From positions 24,794 to 88,793 of the IMG/VR virus record IMGVR_UViG_3300014208_000036: 64,000 nucleotides of DNA. One strand, given 5' to 3'. The position numbers and the translations under genes were made by a program. This DNA is from a virus (taxonomy: Duplodnaviria > Caudoviricetes). The notes beneath the pieces were generated by a model. It worked only from the letters and a program-made list of their open reading frames with translations, searched no databases and had not been told where the DNA came from. Positions 42,799 to 53,423 of the stretch are shown piece by piece (the stretch's first letter is position 1; the number at the start of each line of letters is the position of its first letter).

Positions 42799-43266
42799 TC
42801 ATATGACATACAACACTATTTGCAAACCTTTATTCGAAACACTCAATGCAGGTATGCTGTACGTAATCGTGATTTTAACTATCGCAGTATTCTTATTCTC
42901 GAACCTGTCTATCTCAGATAGGAAATTTTCGAGTGAAATAAAAGGCATCCATTTACTAACCGCAGATGAAATTCTTTCGACAGCTTTTGAATCAAAATCA
43001 TCCTGTGAAACAAACTCCGACGTTAGGGCCCTGAGATTTCCCCCGTAATTGTATCTTCCTAACCTTTCTCCCCAATTTGTCAATAACAAATTTCGAAGAT
43101 TATCGTGCATTTGTTCAGCTAACGTATAATGCATGGCGAACAAACCGTCGGTATCGCTGAATTTTAATGGTGTTTTAAACCCTATCGCGATCGCTGTTTT
43201 TTCAAGCGCTTCTGCTGTTTTTTGTTCCTTGGTTTTACCCGCTGCTTTGAAGTTGAAAGAACCCAC
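42799..43266 (-). CDS. Baseplate gp25/GPW-like protein
   Basis: NLRNLLLTNWGERL..YGGNL, ISSAVSKWMPFI. Confidence 0.88.
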   Translation of the reverse strand: MGSFNFKAAGKTKEQKTAEALEKTAIAIGFKTPLKFSDTDGLFAMHYTLAEQMHDNLRNLLLTNWGERLGRYNYGGNLRALTSEFVSQDDFDSKAVERISSAVSKWMPFISLENFLSEIDRFENKNTAIVKITITYSIPALSVSNKGLQIVLYVI

Positions 43267-43273
43267 AATGTAA

Positions 43274-44758
43274 TTATGTTTCGATCTTCTTCACTACCTT
43301 ATCACAATCAATCAATGCAATGATTGTTCTTGGAGGCGAAGCAATTCCTTGACTTTTACCAGTTTTTACTCGTCCGTCAATAACCCTCAATATGTCGTAA
43401 ACATTTGATTCGATGGCAGTCGGTCGATTGTCATTTCCAGAATCTGGTAAACCACCTTCTATTCCTTGGATCGGGCCATCAAATCCGCCAGAGTAATCTT
43501 CTTCGACGAGTAGAACGTGAGCGTCGCTAAAATCAGAAAGTTCTGATACGATGATAGCATCACCTCGACGAAGTGATGGGAAATGTTTTGTTGTGAATGG
43601 TATCAGTGCATTCTTGTCCTTTGCAATCTGATACAGACCGCTAATTGCTGTTCCTACCTGATATTCATGCACAAAGAATGCCTCTTCCGCATGAGCATTA
43701 AAAAAACATGCTCTTACAAATAATCCGCATGATGATGCCTTTGCTGCATATCCATACGTTTTTTGCTTTGCTTTTTCATTGCCATCGTCGTATTCCTTGT
43801 AAAACAGATTTTGAGCGTATTTGTCCTTATCGCTACTGTAGCTTACACCGTCCATTGTTCTTGCAAATTCAACGGCAAGATCCCTTGGATCTTCTGCAGG
43901 ATCCTCACCTTCATCAACCGGTGGAACGTACCCTCTGTATCTTCCGATACCTCCAACAAGACCACCTGGTGCAGAACCTAACGTAGTTCCGACGGCAGCG
44001 ATAAATGACATTTCGACAACTTTCTGCGTAAGAACTTTTGTTGCAGCAACGAGCGTTGTTGATTCTGGTTTTATTTCGCCAAAAAGATTCGATTGAAATG
44101 CAGCATCACAAATTGAAGAAAAAAGATCCGGAGGTGACACAAGTTTCAACGCAAGTTCGGGTGTTTTTAGTGCTAATGATGCAATAAATTTTGGAATGCC
44201 CGTTGAAAATGCAATGTTGAAATCTGAAAATGTGAAAAAATCAGGGACCTCAATGTTTGGTGGCAAATCAAACTTCGGAATTGGCGGAGGAACGGCTGGG
44301 ATGTCTGGAAATTTTCCAGCTAATTCGATTGGTGGCATTTTCTTCATTTTTAATGCAACCAGCGGTAATGCAGGAGACAAAAATGGAATGAATTCACCGA
44401 TAAATTTCAATCGTAACTTGACGTTAAATTTCGTTCCAAGTGCAACAGGATCGCATAATGGTAGAAACTTGAAATCTGAAGGTAAATCTAATTTTTGTGC
44501 TATTCTTTCGTAGCTTTTTAAGATATTCTGATGAAATTCGGGAAATCTTTCCTCATTTTCCAAATCCAACAAATCTGCATGTTCGACGGGTTGAACAGCC
44601 GGACCGCATGGAAAATCAGGTGGTGTTGGCAGATTTTCGCTACCATACTTCATCATTTCCTTTGTTTCTTTTATGAATTTTTGCTTAGCAATATCAGTCA
44701 AGGTCCCGTCGCCGGGCTTGAGAATTCCTGCATGTGTTTGACAACCATTGCCTGCCAT
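43274..44758 (-). CDS. Baseplate-associated protein with C-terminal NlpC/P60(CHAP)-like amidase
   Basis: SSCGLFVRAC, RGDAIIV, HVLLV, IEGG. Confidence 0.6.
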   Translation of the reverse strand: MAGNGCQTHAGILKPGDGTLTDIAKQKFIKETKEMMKYGSENLPTPPDFPCGPAVQPVEHADLLDLENEERFPEFHQNILKSYERIAQKLDLPSDFKFLPLCDPVALGTKFNVKLRLKFIGEFIPFLSPALPLVALKMKKMPPIELAGKFPDIPAVPPPIPKFDLPPNIEVPDFFTFSDFNIAFSTGIPKFIASLALKTPELALKLVSPPDLFSSICDAAFQSNLFGEIKPESTTLVAATKVLTQKVVEMSFIAAVGTTLGSAPGGLVGGIGRYRGYVPPVDEGEDPAEDPRDLAVEFARTMDGVSYSSDKDKYAQNLFYKEYDDGNEKAKQKTYGYAAKASSCGLFVRACFFNAHAEEAFFVHEYQVGTAISGLYQIAKDKNALIPFTTKHFPSLRRGDAIIVSELSDFSDAHVLLVEEDYSGGFDGPIQGIEGGLPDSGNDNRPTAIESNVYDILRVIDGRVKTGKSQGIASPPRTIIALIDCDKVVKKIET

Positions 44759-44759
44759 T

Positions 44760-46295
44760 TTATTTCACAAGAACCCGATTTGCGAATTTACCTTGCCCAC
44801 TCGATAAAGCAGTACCATTATCAGATTCACCGTTCTTTTTTGATCCTGCAAAAAACCCACCCATCGTTGTTGTCAACGGCGGACCAGTTATATTACCATC
44901 TGCGGCAACAACTGGTACATCACTGCAAACAATTCCTTTATCAGCGTCATCCGCTCCCAATTTTATGTAACCTTTTTTGGATGGTTTGAAAACTATGTCT
45001 CCGTTTGATTTCATCGCAATGACGGCATGTTCATCCAAATCATCCGAATCGATTATTCTTCCATTTTCATCGCGTTGAATGTAACCCTTCACCACGATTT
45101 CAACGTCAGATCTTGCTATCAATCGAATCTTATCGGTTTTGATAACAATTGCGCCGTCACCTGAAGCCGAATCGCTCACTGCTGAACGTTCAGCACCACC
45201 TTTTGATGTTCCTTGAAATTTTCCCGTATTTAATGATGCATTCAATGCTGAAAGATCAAAATTTGAATCGACTTTTGTACGTTGGGAAACGTAAATTCTG
45301 CTTCTGTCATTTTTGAAATCAGGATCACCTTCTGATTCAACGACCTTATCACGAGTTTTCCCAAGTTCGTCTCTGTCGAGAGAATTTTTTACGTTATTAC
45401 CAGCTGTTTTTGGGACTTGTCCTCGCCCAGCAACGATATCAATTGCTCCTGAACCAGGTAATTGATCGTCTTGCAACGGGAGACCTAAGGTTCTTTTTGC
45501 GCCTGATACGTTATCCACAACATATTCAGCTGCAGCTCCAGTTCTATCACGACCTAAAACAATCAAGGTATTATTTGAACCTTCGAGTGCAGTATCTGCC
45601 GGTCGTTTCTTAAACCTGGGAACTGATTCATAAACTGAAATTGCCGCCGCTTCAGTTTCTGTTATCAATTTTTCATATTCATTTTCAGCGCCCGCAAGCG
45701 TGGCAGTTTCCGCAACTGTGTAACGTTCACCATCACTAATTTCAGCCTTGCCGTTTCTAAATTCATATTTTGAGCCTGCTGTTCCATCGAACGTATCTTT
45801 TGTGCTAGGAACAAATCCAGAATCAAATTCACGGGGTGCGTGTGTATGATTTACGTCTTCAACAAATCCAGGCGATACAATCTTGCACAACCAATATCCC
45901 AGATCATTTTTCAAATTTGTTTGATTTTCAAACATCACCCATACGTGTTCACCAGGCTTGCAAGGAAGTGATAAAGATGCAGGCAATAAAGGAAATAAGA
46001 ACATAGGTGGTGAAGCAGCAGGCGTAAAACTGTCCAAAACCCTTTTTGCTATGATCGTATTTCTAGGTAGCGCATTCGCATACTGAATGTTTGAGATTCC
46101 CAGCGCATGTTGGTAATACGCAATCTTGTTTTGATCAACTATCGTTGGATCGAATATTGTTTCGAGCACAACAAATCTGTATAGGATCGGTAAATCACCT
46201 CGTACGTCATGATCGTATATTGCACGATCATGCAAAGCATCCCGGCCTCTGCCTTCTGCTATCTGTTTATCAATTCTAGAATAGTCATTACCCAT
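44760..46295 (-). CDS. Baseplate hub/spike (gp5/VgrG-like) protein
   Basis: OB-fold LSLPCKPGEHVWVMF..GYW; EGSNNTLIVLGR; KTDKIRLIAR. Confidence 0.75.
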   Translation of the reverse strand: MGNDYSRIDKQIAEGRGRDALHDRAIYDHDVRGDLPILYRFVVLETIFDPTIVDQNKIAYYQHALGISNIQYANALPRNTIIAKRVLDSFTPAASPPMFLFPLLPASLSLPCKPGEHVWVMFENQTNLKNDLGYWLCKIVSPGFVEDVNHTHAPREFDSGFVPSTKDTFDGTAGSKYEFRNGKAEISDGERYTVAETATLAGAENEYEKLITETEAAAISVYESVPRFKKRPADTALEGSNNTLIVLGRDRTGAAAEYVVDNVSGAKRTLGLPLQDDQLPGSGAIDIVAGRGQVPKTAGNNVKNSLDRDELGKTRDKVVESEGDPDFKNDRSRIYVSQRTKVDSNFDLSALNASLNTGKFQGTSKGGAERSAVSDSASGDGAIVIKTDKIRLIARSDVEIVVKGYIQRDENGRIIDSDDLDEHAVIAMKSNGDIVFKPSKKGYIKLGADDADKGIVCSDVPVVAADGNITGPPLTTTMGGFFAGSKKNGESDNGTALSSGQGKFANRVLVK

Positions 46296-46307
46296 GTAAT
46301 ATGTGTT

Positions 46308-46673
46308 TCAACGTTCCTTAATTCGATCAAAAATTTCATCAGGATTTATTTCCTGCTCTTTTGATTGAGCCCTTGCAATCAGTTCGGCCAATTTGATCAA
46401 TTGGTCGTTGGCTTTGCTCATTCTTTCGATGTACGTAGTTATCGTTCTACCATGAACTGCGTGTTCCGTACTTTGATCTTGCGTAATTTTCACCAACTTT
46501 TTGAACATAACATATGAATGTTGTCGATCGGTGATCGCATTTTCATATATTTCACGCCACAATTGTTTCTTTTTATCATTCAATGATTCAATATCGTTCA
46601 ATAAAGCAGAAAAATTCTTCAATTTTTCATTGATGATTTTCTCATCAGAATTGTCTTCAAGCATATAATTCAA
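46308..46673 (-). CDS. Hypothetical helical protein
   Basis: Coiled-coil-like ORF in late operon. Confidence 0.7.
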   Translation of the reverse strand: MNYMLEDNSDEKIINEKLKNFSALLNDIESLNDKKKQLWREIYENAITDRQHSYVMFKKLVKITQDQSTEHAVHGRTITTYIERMSKANDQLIKLAELIARAQSKEQEINPDEIFDRIKER

Positions 46674-46676
46674 CCT

Positions 46677-47447
46677 TTAAATTAACTTAAGCACCTTGTA
46701 TTTTTTATACGTTTTCTTTATTGACTGCAATGTAGTTGTTAGCTGCTTTGGGCTAAGACCCGACAATTCTCGCATGTACAATAAAATTGCACTCTTATTC
46801 AAGAGATCCAAATCGTTAATATTTTCAAATATCGTCACGATAGAATTTATGCATGCAAGTTCATTTTCAGTTTTTACGTTGCTTCTAATGTCATAGAGCA
46901 TTTCAATCAAATTTTTTGATTGAAGGTTACTTTCCATCATTTCATCCTGTCCCTGAACGATGCAATATTCTTCAATGATTCTTGCTTCATTCGTACTAAG
47001 TGAATCATAATCATCAAGACTAACACTTCTCTTGATACGCTGGGCCTTTTGCTTTGTTTTTATGATCAACCAATGTTTTGCAACAACGTTAAAATAAGAA
47101 AAAGCGTTCGTTCCGCGTGTTGCATCAAATTTTCCTATTGTTTCAAATAAGAATGTAACACAATCATTTTTTAGATCGTCGTACGTATCATGCAAGCTTG
47201 TGAATTTGTGGATGTTGATTAGGTTCTCAACTAACTTTTCAAATGCAGGCATAATCTCACTGAGGTATAGTGTGTCTTTTTCTTTTTTATCGCTTGAACC
47301 TTGGTACGCAACGATGGCAGCTTGGGTGCCAGCGTGGAAATACAATTTAAGCGATTTTGCAGCTTCAACCTTTTCGGGATCTCCTGGTTGCGATCCTTTT
47401 CGACGCCCTCTGCGCGGTGTAAATTTCTTTTCTTCAATTTCTGACAT
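46677..47447 (-). CDS. Late-transcription sigma factor (T4 gp55-like)
   Basis: YDDLKNDCVTFL...KFDATRGTNAFSYFNVVAKHWLI; ATG 47447 preferred. Confidence 0.75.
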   Translation of the reverse strand: MSEIEEKKFTPRRGRRKGSQPGDPEKVEAAKSLKLYFHAGTQAAIVAYQGSSDKKEKDTLYLSEIMPAFEKLVENLINIHKFTSLHDTYDDLKNDCVTFLFETIGKFDATRGTNAFSYFNVVAKHWLIIKTKQKAQRIKRSVSLDDYDSLSTNEARIIEEYCIVQGQDEMMESNLQSKNLIEMLYDIRSNVKTENELACINSIVTIFENINDLDLLNKSAILLYMRELSGLSPKQLTTTLQSIKKTYKKYKVLKLI

Positions 47448-47733
47448 TGTTCGTGCTTTCAGGACCTGTAATTTTATTTGCAATAACGAGCAATGAATCA
47501 TGTGATTTTTTCATTGCATTAACAAATTGTCTTACGTGTTGATCATCGTGTAAAATTGGCATCTTGATTATTTTAGCAATCTTTGCGTACTGCTGATCAA
47601 TAATATCCAATGATTGTTCGGTTTGTTCAAGTGTATCCTCTAGACGCTCCTGCAGTTGGAGACTTACTCTGATGAAATAAACGTTCATTACGATTGATAA
47701 CGTCAAAAAAATTAACAAGGTTGCAATCAACAT
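47434..47733 (-). CDS. Membrane-anchored coiled-coil protein
   Basis: N-terminal TM helix. Confidence 0.7.
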   Translation of the reverse strand: MLIATLLIFLTLSIVMNVYFIRVSLQLQERLEDTLEQTEQSLDIIDQQYAKIAKIIKMPILHDDQHVRQFVNAMKKSHDSLLVIANKITGPESTNNVRN

Positions 47734-48896
47734 TACTGTAGTAAAACCTCGAATGCTTCATCGTATAAACTTGAAATAGCGGTGAATGAATAGTTTTCAA
47801 CTATCTTCTTCTTGAGATCTGCGGCCCATTCCGTTGGAATGGAACTGTTGTCCCTAAATTTTGAAAGTTTTTTCTTTGCTTCGTCCTCTGAGGGTTGTGC
47901 CCAACGAGAACCTTTCATGAAAAGGTTTCCATCGATTCTGCTTGGGTGCACATCAATCATCTGATATGATACCTTGATGAAATTTCCAAGTTTAAGAAAA
48001 TCAAGGTGGCCCGACCAATTCGTTGCTATGATTGGTAATCCGCTCGCGGCGGCGTCGATTATTGGTAATCCGAATCCCTCACCACGGGTGAGAGCGACCA
48101 ATGCCTTGATCGACTTATTTTTGTACAAACCGGCGATTTCTTTATCATTCATATCGCCATGCAAGATGTGCAATTTGGGAAATTGTCCAATACGAGCTTC
48201 TTTTAAAACATTTCTAGCAGTATTCAGAACATTCTGCTTATCAATTTTTGTATTTTTGCCCATGTTGGTCTTGAGAATTATTCCAACATCGGGATCATTT
48301 TTGAATGTTTCGCATAACCACTTTAACGTAAAGTACGTATTTTTTCTATCATTGAATGCATTTGAACCGGTGAGTTGACCAAAAATCAAAAAATTGAACT
48401 TTGTCTCAAGCTCAAGGTTAAGCTGATCATGTTCCTTAACGATTTCATCGTTAAAAGCTTCTGGAATCACCAGAATGTTTTTATTGACCGTACCCGTGTT
48501 GGTTATGCTTGCCCGAGCGTGCGTCGATGGAACTATGACAACATCCATCGCATCGACGCATCTTATCCAATCAGGATTACAACGATCAGTTTCAATCGCT
48601 GCCGTCATTCCGACATTTTTTTTCGCTAATGAAGGATTCCATTCATTGGGAAGTTGAAGTTGTATTGATACGTCAAAGTCAGACGATTGTTGATCAGGAA
48701 TCGATCTGTCCATAATCTTGCCCACCGTGCCGTCTAGATAATTCGCATCTAGCAACCATGGAGTATCACCCCAAGGCGTACAAATAAATCTAACGTCAAC
48801 GTCGGACCTAGAAAGAAGCCATCTAGCTACCTGCAGGGAGTGTGTTCCATAACCTGATCTCGTGAGGACGGGTCCTCTAAATACAACTTTTTTCAT
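47733..48896 (-). CDS. Glycosyltransferase, GT4-like
   Basis: TRSGYG, DRKNT, RGEGFGLPIIDAAASGLPIIATNWSGHLDF. Confidence 0.9.
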   Translation of the reverse strand: MKKVVFRGPVLTRSGYGTHSLQVARWLLSRSDVDVRFICTPWGDTPWLLDANYLDGTVGKIMDRSIPDQQSSDFDVSIQLQLPNEWNPSLAKKNVGMTAAIETDRCNPDWIRCVDAMDVVIVPSTHARASITNTGTVNKNILVIPEAFNDEIVKEHDQLNLELETKFNFLIFGQLTGSNAFNDRKNTYFTLKWLCETFKNDPDVGIILKTNMGKNTKIDKQNVLNTARNVLKEARIGQFPKLHILHGDMNDKEIAGLYKNKSIKALVALTRGEGFGLPIIDAAASGLPIIATNWSGHLDFLKLGNFIKVSYQMIDVHPSRIDGNLFMKGSRWAQPSEDEAKKKLSKFRDNSSIPTEWAADLKKKIVENYSFTAISSLYDEAFEVLLQ

Positions 48897-50137
48897 AGTG
48901 AATTTATGTTCCATCGCTCGTAGTTATTTTTCCAATCATTTGACAACTTTGTCAAAGTGCGGTCCCAATCGTTAATCATAGTTTTCATATCATAATTTTT
49001 TAACGCATGGGATCGGGCTTTTAGACCAAGGGATTTTCTACCCTGGGCACCCATCTCGTACATCTTCATGAAAGCATTTTTTAGTGTTTCATGCGAAGCA
49101 AAATCCTCGTAGATAAAAGGAACAACCTGATTACCAACCAACGGTTTTACTTCGGGTTCGATTGCTACACCAAATTCTTCGCCTGTTTCATGATCAACAA
49201 CCTGTCGTGTTAAACCACCGGTCTTAATCGCAATGATAGGTTTACCAGCATTTTTCGCTTCTAGAACTGGCAATCCGAATCCTTCAGCACATGAAAAATT
49301 GACAAGAACGTCAGAAATATTGTAAACGATGTTCATTTCATGGAATTGGATTCGATCCTTTGAAAAGAAAACATTTTCATTTATCTGCAACAAATCGATA
49401 ACCTGATGCAGGTTCGGTCCCTCTATATCAAGAGGATCAGTATGCATGATTATCGTTGATTTTCTATGACCGTATTTCTTTTCAAGATCGTCCAAAAACA
49501 TCTTAAAAGAAACTAAGATGTCACTTGGCATCTTTCGCCTGGCATTTCTTCCAACGAAAAGAGGAATAAAGTGATCTACCCTTGAATCACCGAGCAAACC
49601 GCGTTTCATATTCAACACGTCGGTTTCTTGCATTGGAAAAAATAAAGAATCTGGAACTGCATGTGGAACGTAATTTGTTCGTTCGGGAAACATTTCCTTT
49701 ACCATTTCATACGTGGGATAATTTATGCAATTCAATAGATCACATGATTCATACAGCACCTTATTGAAGGTTGGCGTCGGACCGTTGTCCCAAAGATGGT
49801 TGTATGCAATAGGACAAATTTGATGGATTTCATCCTCCATGCTAAAAACCCAAAGAAAAAATCTTGGATCAGTAAACAACATAAGAACATCAGGACGCTC
49901 TGAAACAAGCGTCTGTCGTAGCATCTGAGGATCTCCGAACCCCTTTGTTGGTTTGATGATGAAGTCTTCGTTTACAGCTATCGTGTTATAATTTTCATGC
50001 TGAACGGCACCCCCAAAACATCTAAAAGACCATTTGCCTGAGGCAATCAAACCATCAATTAGCCATCTTGCTTGCGTTCCAACGCCAGACGTAGCAAGTG
50101 GATGATCACTCAATAATAGAATTTTTTTCTTTCTCAT
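48893..50137 (-). CDS. Glycosyltransferase, GT4-like
   Basis: LLLSDHPL..SGVG, VGRNARRK, AEGFGLPVLEA..GKPII. Confidence 0.9.
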   Translation of the reverse strand: MRKKKILLLSDHPLATSGVGTQARWLIDGLIASGKWSFRCFGGAVQHENYNTIAVNEDFIIKPTKGFGDPQMLRQTLVSERPDVLMLFTDPRFFLWVFSMEDEIHQICPIAYNHLWDNGPTPTFNKVLYESCDLLNCINYPTYEMVKEMFPERTNYVPHAVPDSLFFPMQETDVLNMKRGLLGDSRVDHFIPLFVGRNARRKMPSDILVSFKMFLDDLEKKYGHRKSTIIMHTDPLDIEGPNLHQVIDLLQINENVFFSKDRIQFHEMNIVYNISDVLVNFSCAEGFGLPVLEAKNAGKPIIAIKTGGLTRQVVDHETGEEFGVAIEPEVKPLVGNQVVPFIYEDFASHETLKNAFMKMYEMGAQGRKSLGLKARSHALKNYDMKTMINDWDRTLTKLSNDWKNNYERWNINSL

Positions 50138-51086
50138 AGATTTGTACAGGAACTAATAACTTCTTATTTAAGAGAGCTATCTTGTTCGTTTCATTTTTCC
50201 ATTCTAAATCACTTATGCGCACAAGTTTTAGATTTTGATTCTGAAACCATTCATTTTGTTTGTTGTCAGTTATGATCTTACCCAAGATAACCTGATCAAT
50301 TTTACGATCCGATGACTGAATTTCACTCAGCGGCCTATCAAGTCCATGCCAGTAAACACCGTCAATTTGAACGTATGTGACTATTGATGGAATGAATGCG
50401 TCGATCGACCAACCATTGATTGTTACGTGACGATGAACAATTTTAAACAATGATTCTAAAAAATCAACAATATCACGTTCAATACGACTTTCTCTTATCG
50501 TTCCATTAATTTTCATACTTTTCCAACGTTTTTCTAACGCTTCTATTGAATGCGCTTTTTGAATAACGTGCGGTAATAAAAATGCATTTTCTACGCCGTA
50601 TCGATCAAGCATCGTAGATTTTACTTTTTCATAAAAATGATTCGACTTGAAAATACAATCAACGCCGTAACGTTCATTAAGCGTAGATCTACATTTTTCA
50701 GACACTTCTTTATTTGAAAAGACACAAGACGCGCCGTAACGTTCAATGTTTGTGGCTATAATCTTATCTCTAATTGGTGAACCATTTGATGTTGGTGATT
50801 CTGTTCCATAACGTTTAAGTGACGTTAAACGAATCTTATCTTTAACGATTTGTGACATTGCGGGGTTTGAAACCCCAAACCTTTCAATCGACGTTTGTTT
50901 AATTTTGTTCTTTATGAATTCAGATTTTGAAGGATTATCTACACCGTATTTTTCAATAGATCTTAGTTCATTTTCGGTTCTTAAAATTCCAATTCTTTGC
51001 GATTCATTCACACAGTCTACACAGCAAAACCTTGCAGATTTTCTTCCTTTAAATACACAAGCGCAGGTTAAACATGTTTTAAGCAT
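50106..51086 (-). mobile_element. Repeat-containing (ERYGV) Vsr/DUF559-like endonuclease
   Basis: CxxC N-terminus, six (E/K)(R/K)(Y/F)G[VTA] repeats, IDAFI...YVQIDGVYWHG...DNKQN. Confidence 0.75.
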
Positions 51087-51109
51087 AGATACACACACAC
51101 TTATAAATT

Positions 51110-51919
51110 TCAGGTGCAATGGGGAGTTCCCTTATATTCACAGTACTCGCACGATCCACGATTTTTGATCGCAATATTTCTTTTGACACCCGCGATCATT
51201 CCATTTAAAACTTTCAGCGTTTTGCCGGTTGAAACATCTCCAACAGAAACTGGTACCAGCTCACATCGTTGTCCTGTTTTCGCCGTTCTCTTCAAAAGAA
51301 CAAATCCACACTTAACATCCTTTGGCTCTACATTCATTTTATCAGACCAAAATTTCTTATAAAAGATCAATTGAGCTTTGACCATTTCGTCGGTCTTTTT
51401 CTGCATGCTCCAACCCCAACTGGCCGTTTTCCAATCCAATAACCAATAAACACGACCTCTTTTGCCATCACATGCAATTATGCCATCGATGAACCCTTTG
51501 AATGCATGTTTTCCTTCTGCTATTGGCTCATACAATGCATGCTCGGCGTCAATGCATTCCCAATTTGGGAATGTTGAATTCATAAATTCTTCAACCTCGG
51601 CAAGAATGAATCTTGCGTTGTTTATGAATTCATCAACATTATTCTTTACGAAAGAATCAATTTTTGCATGTTCAATCCATCCCTTCGTAATAATTTCTAC
51701 CGCGATATCATCCTTCATCACACGAGTCTTTAAAAAATCTTCGCATGACGCATGTAATGCAGTTCCAAATAGAAGAAATACACCTGGTTCATCAAGCGAT
51801 ATTTTATCGACGTGTTTTAGTTTATGACGCCATGAACATAATTTCCAATCTTTAATTTCGCTGTAACTTACATGACATTTTCCTGTTGGTAACGTCACAT
51901 ATGAATGTTCATCGCTCAT
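51110..51919 (-). CDS. PD-(D/E)XK nuclease (RecB/Cas4-like, Fe-S cysteines)
   Basis: CSWRH, FGTALH, FKGFIDGII, LLDWKT, QLIFY, CEYCEY..C. Confidence 0.88.
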   Translation of the reverse strand: MSDEHSYVTLPTGKCHVSYSEIKDWKLCSWRHKLKHVDKISLDEPGVFLLFGTALHASCEDFLKTRVMKDDIAVEIITKGWIEHAKIDSFVKNNVDEFINNARFILAEVEEFMNSTFPNWECIDAEHALYEPIAEGKHAFKGFIDGIIACDGKRGRVYWLLDWKTASWGWSMQKKTDEMVKAQLIFYKKFWSDKMNVEPKDVKCGFVLLKRTAKTGQRCELVPVSVGDVSTGKTLKVLNGMIAGVKRNIAIKNRGSCEYCEYKGTPHCT

Positions 51920-51948
51920 CTTTTGATTGTACTAAAATCTGTTGCTAT

Positions 51949-52413
51949 CTACAGATTTAAATCGTCGAGCTCTGCTCTAATGAATCGTTCAAATTCACGG
52001 TTAGAAAGTGCAAATTCACGGCGGGATTGAATTCTATCTACAATTTCATTGCCAGTTAACGTTGTTAGCATCATTAAGGTCAATGCAGTCACCATCCCAG
52101 AACGATTGAGACCGGCCATGCATGTTACAAGAACCTTGTCACCATTTTTCAACGTATTTGCAACGTGTTTTGCAGCATCCAACCAAATTGGTAAAAATTG
52201 CTCAACACAATCTCTACTTGGTATATCGTCACTCGGGGCGAGATAAACATCAATATCGGTGTACAAGTCGGCATTTTGATGTTCCTCGGCGGCAAGAACG
52301 ACTAATTTGAATCCTTTTCTTGAAAGGATATCACCTGCCGGAGGGGCCGAGCCTTGCCATAGATTTTTAATGATTTGATCAGCGTCGATTATTTCGGGTA
52401 AATCTTCCATCAC
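51949..52413 (-). CDS. Dual-specificity/tyrosine phosphatase
   Basis: CX5R motif VTCMAGLNRS. Confidence 0.88.
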   Translation of the reverse strand: MMEDLPEIIDADQIIKNLWQGSAPPAGDILSRKGFKLVVLAAEEHQNADLYTDIDVYLAPSDDIPSRDCVEQFLPIWLDAAKHVANTLKNGDKVLVTCMAGLNRSGMVTALTLMMLTTLTGNEIVDRIQSRREFALSNREFERFIRAELDDLNL

Positions 52414-53405
52414 TTCTTTCTTTTACTTACAGCACGCCCCTGCATTTTTTCCCAATCACGATGTTCTGCTGGAACAATTTCTAGATTTTTCTTCCATACT
52501 GCATCCATCACAACTGGATTTATATCGATCGACCTTGCAAGATAAATAAGTGCATTCAAATCCTTAGGAAAACAATGCCCACGTGCACCAGGTATTCCAT
52601 CTGGACCAGGTACAGCCATATGACTTCCACCCAATCGATCATCGAATTTTGAATATTCCAACACTTTGTCGTAATCGATGTTTAGACCTTGCTTATCCAA
52701 TCTTTCGCAAATTTGAGATATCTCGCAGCTTAACACAACACGAGCTGCTAATTGAACGTTTGTGAAATATTTCACCATTTCTGCTGTTGTTGATGATGTT
52801 TTAATCAGAGGAACGTTAGGAAACGCCTTTTGGAAGACTAACTTAACTTTATTGATCCATGGGCGTGGACCGCCTAAAACTATACGATTTTGATTGCGCA
52901 TATCATCTAACGCATTCGCTTCAGTTAAAAATTCCGGATTGAATACTACGTGTAAACCCGTTGAGGAATACTTCTTATTCCATGCCTCGACCGAGCCAGG
53001 CGGCACCGTCGATTTAACAACAGCAATCCGATCACCGGGCATTGAACTAAGTTCATTAAGTACCCCATCGACTATCGAAAGATCGGCGCCACCATCCTCG
53101 AACATTGGTGTTGGCAAGCATACAAAGTAGATTCCAGAAAATCCTTCAACGTCCTCACACGCTGAAACGAACTTTTGAATGTTTGTTCCTTCAGTGGGCT
53201 CTCTTTTTGCAGTGACATCTGCGAGCTCGAGCATTCTAGCAATCGGATATTGACAATCAACGATCGATAATGGATCGAAACCCCCTTCAGAAACCTTCCC
53301 TGTCTTGTCGTGAACAAGCACTTCGAATCCACGTTCAGACATTACCGTCGTTAAGGATCCACCAACGAATCCTTGCCCAATCACTGCTATTACATTTTTA
53401 CCCAT
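52410..53405 (-). CDS. ugd: UDP-glucose/GDP-mannose dehydrogenase family (short form)
   Basis: VIGQGFVG, VCLPTP, KSTVPPG, NPEFL, AEMVKY.TN, GARGHCFPKD. Confidence 0.88.
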   Translation of the reverse strand: MGKNVIAVIGQGFVGGSLTTVMSERGFEVLVHDKTGKVSEGGFDPLSIVDCQYPIARMLELADVTAKREPTEGTNIQKFVSACEDVEGFSGIYFVCLPTPMFEDGGADLSIVDGVLNELSSMPGDRIAVVKSTVPPGSVEAWNKKYSSTGLHVVFNPEFLTEANALDDMRNQNRIVLGGPRPWINKVKLVFQKAFPNVPLIKTSSTTAEMVKYFTNVQLAARVVLSCEISQICERLDKQGLNIDYDKVLEYSKFDDRLGGSHMAVPGPDGIPGARGHCFPKDLNALIYLARSIDINPVVMDAVWKKNLEIVPAEHRDWEKMQGRAVSKRKK

Positions 53406-53423
53406 GCACGGATATTACACATT

